From positions 124,001 to 188,000 of the IMG/VR virus record IMGVR_UViG_3300023179_005186: DNA of 64,000 nt; one strand, written 5' to 3'. A program made the position numbers and the translations under genes. The notes beneath the pieces were generated by a model. The model worked only from the letters and a program-made list of their open reading frames with translations, was not told the origin of the DNA and did no database searches. Shown piece by piece: positions 22,138 through 32,262 of the stretch. Numbering within the stretch: position 1 is the stretch's first letter; each line of letters starts with the position of its first letter.

Positions 22138-23373
22138 ATGATCATGTTAATACATGAGTTAGAAAAATATTTAATAAAATATATTGAATCTAATGAACCA
22201 AAAATAATATATTTTGGGATCGGAAGTGAATTTTATAATTCAAATAATAAAATAAATTTTTGGAAATCAAATGAAAATCAACAATTTCCTTTATTTTTAC
22301 ATGATTTTAAAGAAAAACATATGGATATACAAATAATTATTATTTTAATTGATATTAATATGAGTTTTACACCATATTTAATAACTGAACCTAATAAATT
22401 TTATTCAAATAGTTGGACAAAAGATGAAGAATATTTAAATATTTTTAGATCTAAACATAAAATAGATGTAATAACCATAAAAGATGAAATTTATTGGGAT
22501 GAATTTGAAAAAGTAAATATTACTGAATTATATAATTTTACAAGATTAATAATTTATTTGAGTGAAATAATTTCAAAATCAGATAACTGTTTATTATTTT
22601 ATCATGAATTTACTGGAAAAAATGTTCATAAATTTGAAAATATGATTAATAATTTTTGTTATAATTTTAATTTTGAAAAAATATGTATTGATATTACAAG
22701 AGGTTCTGATTTTTCATGTTATTTTGACTTGTCAAAACCAGAATCATATCCTATAATAACATATTTTGAAAATAAATTAAAATACATAAATCCAAATATG
22801 TTAAAATTAAAACAAAAAAAAAAAATTTGTACAAAATATAACAAAAATGAATTAAATTATTCAAATATATATTATGATAATGAATTTATATTATATAAAC
22901 AAATTATTCAAGAAAATTTAATAATATTAAAATTATTAAATAATACAATTGTTCCATTTATAAGAATATGTGTAATTGAACCAACATTATTTATTACAAG
23001 AGATATGACTAAATTTATTAAAGAATTTACATATTTAGATTATATACAACAAAATAAAGAAATATCAGAATGTTTAACAAATGCTAAAAAAATTTATTAC
23101 AATATTATTAAATATATTAATAAGAATGATTTTAAATATAAATTAGAATGTAAAATTGATATTAAATTAGATGAAAATTTTAATCAATTAATTAACTGTT
23201 TTTTAGAAAATCTTTATGAAACTATTGATTTAATTATTTTTAAAATTGGTTTAAGTTTTAATATAAAAGAGAATTTAATTTATCAATTATGTTGGAATAT
23301 TAGAAATATTAATGATAAATATAAAATTTCTTCATTAATTCAAAATTATTTTTTAGAAAATAACTTGATATAA
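22138..23373 (+). CDS. Hypothetical protein
   Basis: 411-aa ORF preceded by an early promoter. Confidence 0.75.
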   Translation: MIMLIHELEKYLIKYIESNEPKIIYFGIGSEFYNSNNKINFWKSNENQQFPLFLHDFKEKHMDIQIIIILIDINMSFTPYLITEPNKFYSNSWTKDEEYLNIFRSKHKIDVITIKDEIYWDEFEKVNITELYNFTRLIIYLSEIISKSDNCLLFYHEFTGKNVHKFENMINNFCYNFNFEKICIDITRGSDFSCYFDLSKPESYPIITYFENKLKYINPNMLKLKQKKKICTKYNKNELNYSNIYYDNEFILYKQIIQENLIILKLLNNTIVPFIRICVIEPTLFITRDMTKFIKEFTYLDYIQQNKEISECLTNAKKIYYNIIKYINKNDFKYKLECKIDIKLDENFNQLINCFLENLYETIDLIIFKIGLSFNIKENLIYQLCWNIRNINDKYKISSLIQNYFLENNLI

Positions 23374-23393
23374 ATAATTTACATCTTGAAGAT

Positions 23394-23866
23394 TTAAAAA
23401 TGCCTAACTTCGTAAGCGAGTAAAGTTGCAGACAAAATCTGGCTAACCTAGCAAGCGAGTAAGGTTGCAGACAAAGTCAGGCTAACCTCGCAAGCGAGTA
23501 AAGTTGCAGACAAAGTCAGGCTACCGATTTTTATTATAAAATCTACTTAAAGAAATATTACAAATATATATATTTGTAATGAATAAACCTTTTTAGATTT
23601 GCTATTAATCGATAGCCTGACTTTGTCAGCAACCTGATAAATTAGGCAAATGGTTAGGTTATAAAAAAAAAGTTTATTTTCAATTTTTGATGAAAATGAT
23701 GAACTAAAAAAGATATTACTTATAATGAAAATGATTTACCAGAAGATTTAAGATATTTTACTGAACAAGCTGAACCAGCTAAAATTTAATTATTTACATT
23801 TTGATTATTTTTAATCGATTCATATATAACATATTTTATTTATAAATTCATTTTTATATAAATTAA
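23394..23866 (+). repeat. 473-bp direct repeat, copy 1
   Basis: Identical by eye to 25915-26387 (offset 2521); starts and ends with TTAA. Confidence 0.95.
23404..23523 (+). repeat. Three tandem 39-bp palindromic units (also at 25925-26044)
   Basis: Unit ctaacctcgcaagcgagtaaagttgcagacaaagtcagg; a partial inverted copy lies at 23613-23635. Confidence 0.92.
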
Positions 23867-24558
23867 GTGACATTGAAGCACCAATGATACAAACATTTCT
23901 TGATAGATTTTATAAAAACAGAACTGAAATCCGCATTTTACTTGAACAATATTTATCGCTTTTTGAAAATAATAATGATGAAAACTATTTTGGAATAATT
24001 AATTTAAAGAGTGAGCCTATTAAAATTATAAATAATATTATTAGCGATTTACAATTTATAATTAATCAAAATAGATTGGATATATTATTAGATGATATTA
24101 TAAAGGTGCATAATAATGTTAATATTAAAATACCATGTATGGAAAATTATCTTTATTATGTTATTTTTGAATTACTAAAAAATAGCACTCAAGCTGTTTT
24201 AGATAAAAGTAAAATTGAAAATAACTATAAACCATTTATTAATGTTAACATAAATAGTATTGATAGTAATTATATTCTCATAACAATAGAAGATAATGGT
24301 ATTGGTATAAAAGAAAAAAATATGGAAAAAATATGGTATTATAGTTTTACAACATCATTATTTGATTCTGAAAATATTATTGAAGAGAGTGATTTTAATA
24401 CAATAAGTCCTTTATCAGGTTTGGGATATGGATTACCAATATCTGAAATTTACATAAATTTTTTAAATTCATCTAAAAATAATATAAAAATAAATAGTGT
24501 TTACAAAAAAGGAACGACGGTTTATCTATATGTAAAATGTTATAATGAATATTTATAA
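23867..24558 (+). pseudogene. 5'-truncated pyruvate/branched-chain ketoacid dehydrogenase kinase-like gene (GHKL)
   Basis: IQTFLDRFY..R..IR.L..Q, FELLKNS, IEDNGIGI, YSFTT, LSGLGYGLPIS and GTTVY. The N-terminal helical domain is missing and the frame runs back to the repeat junction. Confidence 0.8.
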
Positions 24559-24582
24559 ATATATAAAGAATTTATTAAATTA

Positions 24583-25719
24583 TTATTTTTCCATCATGTC
24601 TAAATATACATTTATAAGTTCTTTATAATTATTTGCATATAATAATCTTAAAAAATATTTTTCAGGAATATCTATTTTTCTCACTGAACACCATCCAAAA
24701 TATTTTTTAAATAATATTGGATGATAATATCTGAACTCTTCATTTATTTTATATAAAATATTATAAAAATAATCATAATTATTATAAAAAGTAGCTTTAG
24801 TTATTTTTTTATCAATTATTAGTTGATCAATACTTTTACTACTTTTCCTATATTTAAATATATATTGTAAATCTTTTTTATATTCTGGATATAGTTCTCC
24901 ATATTTTTCTATTGCATTTTTGAAAAATATTTCATTTTTATTCATTAGTTTCTTCATACCATTACACCATAAATTATTATTTATCCATGGTGATATCTTT
25001 TTTTTAGATTTAATACAATCTTCTATCATTTTTTCATAACTACTTAATAAACGGTATGTGCAAATAAATATTTCAGTAAAAATATGTTTATCTTTATCTA
25101 TTGAAAACATCTTTTTGTATGGATGTCTTTTATAATTTATACCAAACTTTTCATGAGTAACTTCGCCATAATCTATTGCAACACATTGAATTCCATAAAA
25201 TGGAACTTTGTAATTATTTAATGTAAAATATTTTTTTTTAGTTTTAGTTACCATTATATTTGTACCTACATGTAAATCATTATGAGAATAACCTCCGTTA
25301 TATAATATTAAAATTATTTTTATTATTTGTAATAGTATAGACAATCTTCTTTTTTTTGAAAGATTATATTTAGACTCATATTTATCTAATGTATATTTAC
25401 CACAATAATCCATTAAATATTTAACACATAATTGTGATTTTTTTGTTTTTTCTGTTTTTAATTTATCTGTAATATTTTGATAACAGTCATTATTTATTTC
25501 AAAATTATATAAATTTACAAAAAAACTTTTATCTTCATTATTTAACTTAGATATATAATTAAACAAATCAAGTTCTCTAAATATTTTATTTTTAAAACTT
25601 TTTTTTCTTTCATTGTTTAAAATATGTTCAATTTTTAATGCATATTTTTTATCTTTATATTTTACCAAATATGTTTTACCAAAAGTACCTTCACCTAATT
25701 TTTTTATAATTTTTAACAT
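24583..25719 (-). CDS. Protein kinase-like protein
   Basis: LGEGTFGKTY, ALK, HNDLH...N and IDYG. Confidence 0.85.
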   Translation of the reverse strand: MLKIIKKLGEGTFGKTYLVKYKDKKYALKIEHILNNERKKSFKNKIFRELDLFNYISKLNNEDKSFFVNLYNFEINNDCYQNITDKLKTEKTKKSQLCVKYLMDYCGKYTLDKYESKYNLSKKRRLSILLQIIKIILILYNGGYSHNDLHVGTNIMVTKTKKKYFTLNNYKVPFYGIQCVAIDYGEVTHEKFGINYKRHPYKKMFSIDKDKHIFTEIFICTYRLLSSYEKMIEDCIKSKKKISPWINNNLWCNGMKKLMNKNEIFFKNAIEKYGELYPEYKKDLQYIFKYRKSSKSIDQLIIDKKITKATFYNNYDYFYNILYKINEEFRYYHPILFKKYFGWCSVRKIDIPEKYFLRLLYANNYKELINVYLDMMEK

Positions 25720-25796
25720 ATTATAAAATATAGTTATAATATTTTTATCAAAAAGTATATAAAATATTTTTGATTATAATATATTATAATCAAAAA

Positions 25797-25928
25797 ATGT
25801 CATTTTACCATGAAATTATAGATAATTTATATTTAGGAAGTGTTGAAGCATCAAAAGATGACGACTTTATATACAATAAAAAAATAGATGTTATTGTAAA
25901 TTGTTCAAAAGATCTTAAAAATGCCTAA
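25797..25928 (+). pseudogene. 3'-truncated dual-specificity phosphatase
   Basis: MSFYHEIIDNLYLGS...IDVIVNCSKDL, cut by repeat copy 2; no HCxxGxxR. Confidence 0.75.
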
Positions 25929-26387
25929 CTTCGTAAGCGAGTAAAGTTGCAGACAAAATCTGGCTAACCTAGCAAGCGAGTAAGGTTGCAGACAAAGTCA
26001 GGCTAACCTCGCAAGCGAGTAAAGTTGCAGACAAAGTCAGGCTACCGATTTTTATTATAAAATCTACTTAAAGAAATATTACAAATATATATATTTGTAA
26101 TGAATAAACCTTTTTAGATTTGCTATTAATCGATAGCCTGACTTTGTCAGCAACCTGATAAATTAGGCAAATGGTTAGGTTATAAAAAAAAAGTTTATTT
26201 TCAATTTTTGATGAAAATGATGAACTAAAAAAGATATTACTTATAATGAAAATGATTTACCAGAAGATTTAAGATATTTTACTGAACAAGCTGAACCAGC
26301 TAAAATTTAATTATTTACATTTTGATTATTTTTAATCGATTCATATATAACATATTTTATTTATAAATTCATTTTTATATAAATTAA
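25915..26387 (+). repeat. 473-bp direct repeat, copy 2
   Basis: Identical by eye to 23394-23866. Confidence 0.95.
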
Positions 26388-26407
26388 ATTATATTATATA
26401 AATAATT

Positions 26408-26800
26408 ATATCAGATTACAAACAAAAATATCTTAAATACAAACACAAGTACTTAACATTTAGAAATAATATGTATAAACAAAATTGAGTTTCTAAGGAT
26501 GGAATATATGTATTTTTTATTACTAATAATATAAATAATTGGAACTTATATTTTGAAAAATTTATTTATGTTCTTGTGTGATGTATTTTATGGTTGGTTC
26601 AACTTTAACAAGTATAAATATGTTAAACACTTATAAAACTATATCCAAATGAATTAAATGTTGACACCAATACTTGTAATTTAGTTGCTGTTTTTTCAAA
26701 TAATCTTCCTAGTAAAAACTATAAAGATATTACAGTAGAAAAATTGTAAAACATAAAAAAAGAAATCGAAAAATAAGAATAACCTACAAATTAAAGAAAT
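26408..26800 (+). pseudogene. Decayed tandem paralog of ORF 26938-27639
   Basis: (ATA)SDYKQKYLKYKHKYLT, KDGIYVFF, NTYKT and NTC fragments with stops and frameshifts; 3' limit is approximate. Confidence 0.75.
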
Positions 26801-26937
26801 TAATATTATATCTAATATTAAAAGGTAAAATAACAATAAAAGAACATATAAAGTAAATTAAGAGGGAAAATTATATTATCAATAAATATTTAATTATAAC
26901 AGATTTTTTTATAAAAATAATATATATATAATAAATT

Positions 26938-27639
26938 ATGCCAGATTATGAACAAAAGTATTTTAAATACAAAAATAAGTATTTAACATTAAAAAGTAAT
27001 TTAGAAGCACAAACAGGAGGTAATTATTATATGGATGGATATTATGTTTTCTTCATCTATGATCATGATTATAGTAATCCTGATAATACAGTTGTACCAA
27101 ATGATGACTATAAAAAAGATCAACATTATGGAAGAATAAGCATGGATAATTTTACATCAAAAAAAATAAATAATTGTTCCATGTTTTTTAGAATTAGTGA
27201 TGGTAAGTTAGCATTCAACCGAAATGATTCTTTTAATACTTATAATACAGTTTATCCTAATATATCTAATATATATGCTATTGCACCAAAATTTTCTTCA
27301 CAAGCTGAAAATACGTGTCCTTTTAAATCATTTAGATCATCTCAACTTCCTATTTCATCAAGCATGAATTTTAATTTAGACTTTAATATATTAAAAAGTA
27401 TTATAGATGAAATGAAAACAAATATAGCAGACAAGTCTAATAATTTTAAATCAATTTTAGTAGTTAGAAATACAAATGGTTATGTTCAAGTAAGAGCAAG
27501 GTACAAAGTAGTAGAAGGTACCGTGACACAAACACAGGAAGATAGAACTCATCAAACTACACCTTCTGAAAATACTGCACCTCCTGAAAATATTCCACCT
27601 CCTAAACCAGCAAGACATCAAAATCAAAATCAAAATTAA
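26938..27639 (+). CDS. Hypothetical protein with YxxKYxKYKxKYL..LK N-terminal motif
   Basis: MPDYEQKYFKYKNKYLTLK...QTGG, a leader common in Mimiviridae. Confidence 0.75.
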   Translation: MPDYEQKYFKYKNKYLTLKSNLEAQTGGNYYMDGYYVFFIYDHDYSNPDNTVVPNDDYKKDQHYGRISMDNFTSKKINNCSMFFRISDGKLAFNRNDSFNTYNTVYPNISNIYAIAPKFSSQAENTCPFKSFRSSQLPISSSMNFNLDFNILKSIIDEMKTNIADKSNNFKSILVVRNTNGYVQVRARYKVVEGTVTQTQEDRTHQTTPSENTAPPENIPPPKPARHQNQNQN

Positions 27640-27722
27640 AGAAAAATAAAAATCAAATATTTATTGTTCAATTATAAAAAATTAGCTTTGTACCATATTG
27701 GTGTAAAAAATAATGCTTATAC

Positions 27723-27958
27723 TTATTTATTTAAGATTGATTGAATGCCAAGTGAATAAGCATAAGGAGTATTACCATCAGGACAAGTAGAATCAATATC
27801 AGCATTCCATGTTATAACTCCCAACAAACCTTTATTAACATCAAATGTAGTTGAGTTTAGAGAATCTTCTAAAGAAAGAACTCTTGAGATGTCATCGGGA
27901 ACCAGACATAAGCCCGGAAATCATTTTTGGTTGGATCAACTTTCCAATTATTTAAATA
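27723..27958 (-). pseudogene. C-terminal remnant of a GH18 chitinase-like gene
   Basis: Frameshifted YLNNWKVDPTK / MISGLM / ...KGLLGVITWNADID...DGNTPYAYSLGI*, resembling the GH18 beta7-beta8 GxMxW motif. Confidence 0.55.
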
Positions 27959-28169
27959 ATAGAGTTTGATACAAAATGATACAAAATCATACACACGCAA
28001 ACGTGCAAATTATGATTTTGTTAAGGTGACAATCCTAACTGATTTATTGACAGTTGTCTCATTTTAAATCTTCAAGGTTGTAAAAAGGGTCTTACTCTAA
28101 ATATTTTTTTTAACAAAATTTGAAATTTACTAATAATATTTATAAGTAAATTATTATACATATATAATC

Positions 28170-30545
28170 ATGAGTAAATTATTAATAGTTGAATCTCCTG
28201 GAAAAATAAAAAAAATAACAGAATATTTAGGAAATGATTATATTGTAGCTGCATCAGTTGGACATATTATTGATTTAGATGAAAGATCAATGAGTATTGA
28301 TTTAGAAACTTTTGAACCTCAATATAGAGTTTATCCAAATAAAGTTGATGTTGTTAATAAATTAATAAAACTATCTATTAAAGTTGGAAAAGAAAATGTA
28401 TTTTTAGCTGCCGATGAAGATCGTGAAGGAGAAATGATAGCATGGTCTTGTGCTAAAGAATTAAAATTAAAAAATTCTAAAAGAATTGTTTTTAATTCTA
28501 TAACAGCAAAAGAACTTAAAAATGCTGTTGCAACTCCAAAAGAAATTGATCAAAATTTAGTAAAGGCTCAACAAGCTAGAAGAATTTTAGATAGATTAGC
28601 TGGATATCTAATTAGTCCTATTCTTAAAAAAAATGGTTTTTATGAAGCAAAATCTGCAGGAAGAGTTCAATCTGTTGTAGTAAAAATTGTTGTTGATAAA
28701 GAACGTGAAATAGAAGAATTTTATAAAAAACAAAAATCTACATACTTTTATATCAGTTGTGATATTAATATAAGTGATTATGAATTATCTACAAAATTAG
28801 TTAATAAAAATACTAAAATTGAAATATTAGATAAAGATAATGAAAATTTAGATAATTCTAATAATTTATCTGATGAAGAAACTGATAAAAAATTAAAAAA
28901 TAAAAGAGAAACTAAACAATCTTCAAAAATAAATAATGTTTCAATTAAATCGTATGTTACATTTGATAAATCTGAAGAACAAAATGTTGTTAAATTAATT
29001 AAAGCAATGATGAAAGGTGAATATTCTTTATTAAATAAAACTGAAAAAATTAGAAAAGCAAATGCTCCTCCTCCTTTTACTACTTCTACATTACAACAAT
29101 TAGCTTCACAAAGATTAAATTTAAATGCAAAAGAAACTATGAGTATTGCTCAAAAATTATATGAAGCAGGTCATATAACATATATGAGAACAGATTCAAC
29201 AGCTATATCAGATGAAGCATCAAATTTAATTAAAGATGTTATTAAATCAGAGTATGGATCAGAACATCATGAAAAACATACTTTTGTTAATAAAAAAGCG
29301 AATACTCAAGAAGCTCATGAATGTGTAAGACCAACAAAACCACAATTTGATAACATAGATGCTTCATTTAATGAAAAACGTCTATATAGTATTATTTGGA
29401 AACGTACAATTCAATCACAAATGAAAGCTGCAGAATATCAAAATATTTTGCTTGAAATTCAAATTGATGATAAAAAAAAAATGCTAGAAAATTATAAATT
29501 AGTTGGAACATTAGAGAATTTAATATATGAAGGGTATTTATTAGTTGATAATAAAAAGAAATCTAATCCATTAGATACAAAAAAACTAAAATCTATACAA
29601 TGGATTGATATTTATGGAATTGAAGATACTCAGAAACCACCTACTAGATATAATGATGCTTCATTAATAAATAAAATGGATCCAAAAAATCTTAATATTG
29701 GTAGACCATCGACTTATGCATCATTTATTGAAAAAATACAAGAAAGAAATTATGTAAAAATATGTGATATTGAAGGAAAAAAAATTCAATTAAATAGATA
29801 TAATGCAAATAAATCTGATCTAAAACAAATTAACATGGAAACTAAAGATTTGATTTTAGGAAAAGAAAAGAAAAAATTAGTTCCTACTGAACTTGGTATA
29901 AACGTGACTACATTTTTAGAAAAAAACTTTGAACTATTAATGGATTATAAATTTACAGCAAATATGGAAAAAGAATTAGATGATGTAGCAGAAGGTGAAT
30001 TAAATAATATTAAAATTATAAAAAAATTTTATGAATATATTATTAAATGTCTTAATGAAATTATACCTACTCCAGGTCAAAATCTTTTAACAAATTCTAT
30101 TATTCTAGGTAATTTTAATCAAGAAGATATTAAATTATTAAATGGAAAACATGGAAGATATATTCAATGTGGTAAATTTAATTATAATTTTCTTAAACTT
30201 TTAGAAGAACTTTGTATAAAAGAAAATGAATATGAATCTAAAACTAATTTATTATGTGATAGCATAATTCAAAAAATAAATAATCCTGGGAAACAATGGA
30301 AAATTGGAAAAAATATTTATACACTTGCTAAAGGTCAATTTGGATATTATATAAAAGAAACAAGTTCTTCTAATAAAAAAAATAAAAATTATTCTTTAAA
30401 CTTTATTATTGATAAAATTGCTAAAGAAAATAAAATAGATTTAAAAAATTCTAAATCTATTGATGTAATATTAGATATTATTAATGATCAGCATATTATT
30501 GAAATAACTGAATATTATAAAAATACTAAAAATAATAAAAAATAA
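28170..30545 (+). CDS. topA: DNA topoisomerase IA (bacterial type)
   Basis: LIVESPGK, ADEDREGE, SAGRVQS, GHITYMRTDS (catalytic Tyr), QEAHECVRPT and IGRPSTYA. Confidence 0.96.
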   Translation: MSKLLIVESPGKIKKITEYLGNDYIVAASVGHIIDLDERSMSIDLETFEPQYRVYPNKVDVVNKLIKLSIKVGKENVFLAADEDREGEMIAWSCAKELKLKNSKRIVFNSITAKELKNAVATPKEIDQNLVKAQQARRILDRLAGYLISPILKKNGFYEAKSAGRVQSVVVKIVVDKEREIEEFYKKQKSTYFYISCDINISDYELSTKLVNKNTKIEILDKDNENLDNSNNLSDEETDKKLKNKRETKQSSKINNVSIKSYVTFDKSEEQNVVKLIKAMMKGEYSLLNKTEKIRKANAPPPFTTSTLQQLASQRLNLNAKETMSIAQKLYEAGHITYMRTDSTAISDEASNLIKDVIKSEYGSEHHEKHTFVNKKANTQEAHECVRPTKPQFDNIDASFNEKRLYSIIWKRTIQSQMKAAEYQNILLEIQIDDKKKMLENYKLVGTLENLIYEGYLLVDNKKKSNPLDTKKLKSIQWIDIYGIEDTQKPPTRYNDASLINKMDPKNLNIGRPSTYASFIEKIQERNYVKICDIEGKKIQLNRYNANKSDLKQINMETKDLILGKEKKKLVPTELGINVTTFLEKNFELLMDYKFTANMEKELDDVAEGELNNIKIIKKFYEYIIKCLNEIIPTPGQNLLTNSIILGNFNQEDIKLLNGKHGRYIQCGKFNYNFLKLLEELCIKENEYESKTNLLCDSIIQKINNPGKQWKIGKNIYTLAKGQFGYYIKETSSSNKKNKNYSLNFIIDKIAKENKIDLKNSKSIDVILDIINDQHIIEITEYYKNTKNNKK

Positions 30546-30554
30546 TAAATAAAT

Positions 30555-31316
30555 CTAATTATCACTTATTTCTAATTCAGATAACTTCCATCTTTCAAAT
30601 CCAGAATTTGGAATTGGTCTTTGTATTATTAATGGTATTAATTTATTTTTTAATTCCAATAAAGCAATTTCTTTAGAAGATAAACCCTCTGTATTTTTAA
30701 TCAGTGGTTTAGCTCCATTTGCTAATTGTTTAGCTCTTGTACTTAAAATTCTAACTTTTTCATATTTAAATAATATTGGTTTTGATAATCTTTCTATTTT
30801 ATTTAATTTAAAATCATCATTCATAAATAATTCTTCTAAATCAATATCATCAGTATCTAATAATGCATATTTTGAATAACAATCTTTTTTAATTACCTCT
30901 TCATTATCATCTAACTTATCATCCTCTATATTTTTTTTTGTTTTTCTTTTCTTTTTTTTTAAATTATTTTCATCATTTTCATCATCCTCAACACTATCTA
31001 TATCAGTATCTTCGTCATTTTCTTCTTCTATTTCTTCTTCAATTTCTTCATCTATATTTGTGTCATCAACTTCTAACTCTATTTCATCTTCATCATCTTC
31101 ATTATCTTCTTCATCTTTATTATCATCATCAGCTCCTCCAGAATGAGTGGATTGTTGAGAACTATGTGAATTATTATCATCCGAATATTGATTATTTTTT
31201 TTTAATTTAGTAGTTTGTTTACCACCTCCTTTTAAATTAATATCTGGATTATCTAATAATTTATTGATATTAACATTATTTTTATTTGAATAAAGTGTTT
31301 CTTTTTTTTTAGTCAT
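30555..31316 (-). CDS. RPB6: RNA polymerase subunit 6 with acidic N-terminus
   Basis: KYEKVRILSTRAKQLANGA...IALLEL...IPLIIQRPIPN...ERW; minus-strand AAAATTGA at 31351-31358. Confidence 0.92.
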   Translation of the reverse strand: MTKKKETLYSNKNNVNINKLLDNPDINLKGGGKQTTKLKKNNQYSDDNNSHSSQQSTHSGGADDDNKDEEDNEDDEDEIELEVDDTNIDEEIEEEIEEENDEDTDIDSVEDDENDENNLKKKKRKTKKNIEDDKLDDNEEVIKKDCYSKYALLDTDDIDLEELFMNDDFKLNKIERLSKPILFKYEKVRILSTRAKQLANGAKPLIKNTEGLSSKEIALLELKNKLIPLIIQRPIPNSGFERWKLSELEISDN

Positions 31317-31381
31317 TATTATTATAATAAATAAATATTATATATTAAAATCAATTTTTATATAAAAAACGTTAATAAATT

Positions 31382-32080
31382 TTATTTTTCGATAAATGTA
31401 TTCCAAAATGAATCACATACTGAACAAATATATCTGGTAGAATAAGATCCTTTTTTTCTATAAAATATGGCATTTTTTAATTTTGGTTCTTTATGTGTTG
31501 AACACTTATCGTTAATACAAGTATATTTTTTTGTATTTGGTAAAGTAGGATCATTTTTATAATTTATAAAATTAAAATTATAAAGATCATCTTTTTTTTC
31601 ATCACCTCTTGAAAATATGAACATTTTATCAGGAATAATTTCATAATAACCACATGTCTTACAATAAAAATAACATTCTTTATTTACAACACTATCAGTT
31701 GATTTTGATATTTGACCAATTTCTTTATTTAATTTTTGATTAATTTTATTAATTAAAATAGTTTTTTCTATATTTGATAATTTATTAAAATTTGGATTTT
31801 TTGTTAATTCTTCAAAATTTATTTTTTTAATTTTTTTTTCTTTATCTTCATCATCTGATTCTTCTGAATAATCTATTTTACCACCTAAAATACTTTCAAT
31901 TAATTCATTATTTATATTCATATTTGTATTAATAGTATCAGTATCTGTTTCTTCTGTTGAATTAAAACCAGATGAATTTGAAAAACCATTAGTATCATCA
32001 TATTCATTTTCTTGTCTTTTTTCAAAAGAAATAATATTGTTTGTTATATCCATAAAATTTTGACATATCTTGCAAAACAT
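31382..32080 (-). CDS. RPB9: RNA polymerase subunit 9
   Basis: MFCKICQN...YCKTCGY...DPTLP...CINDKC...YICSVC. Confidence 0.85.
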   Translation of the reverse strand: MFCKICQNFMDITNNIISFEKRQENEYDDTNGFSNSSGFNSTEETDTDTINTNMNINNELIESILGGKIDYSEESDDEDKEKKIKKINFEELTKNPNFNKLSNIEKTILINKINQKLNKEIGQISKSTDSVVNKECYFYCKTCGYYEIIPDKMFIFSRGDEKKDDLYNFNFINYKNDPTLPNTKKYTCINDKCSTHKEPKLKNAIFYRKKGSYSTRYICSVCDSFWNTFIEK

Positions 32081-32262
32081 TTGACTTATATATATTTATA
32101 TATATTATATTATTCTAAATTCATTTTTTTATTAAATATTAAATTTTTTTATCATCTTAAATGCAGTAAAATTATTTTATTACTTTCTAATCTCTTCTTA
32201 ACCTAATTTTTATATTAAAAATTGATTTTAATATAAAATAATTATATAGTATATAGATTAAT

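Larger units (their letters stand above)
23382..28080. mobile_element. Element A: TA-flanked, TIR-bounded 4.7-kb segment with no transposase
   Basis: Left end TA|CATCTTGAAGATTTAAAAATG, right end CATTTTAAATCTTCAAGGTTG|TA; 15-nt perfect inverted core. The interior is mostly gene fragments. Confidence 0.6.

Noticed and set aside
23404-23523. CRISPR array
   Set aside because: Units are contiguous 39-bp tandem copies with no unique spacers, and no cas genes are present.
23394-23866. piggyBac or LTR element (TTAA ends, long direct repeats)
   Set aside because: No inverted termini inside the TTAAs, no TG..CA ends, and no transposase, RT or integrase. TTAA is very common in this AT-rich DNA.
23884-24558. 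Two-component histidine kinase
   Set aside because: No H-box; FLDRFY and GLGYGLPIS are PDK/BCKDK signatures.
27684-27710. Additional TIR end (ttggtg|taaaa)
   Set aside because: Only the GGTG-TA terminus matches; there is no ATTTNAAAYG core and no partner.
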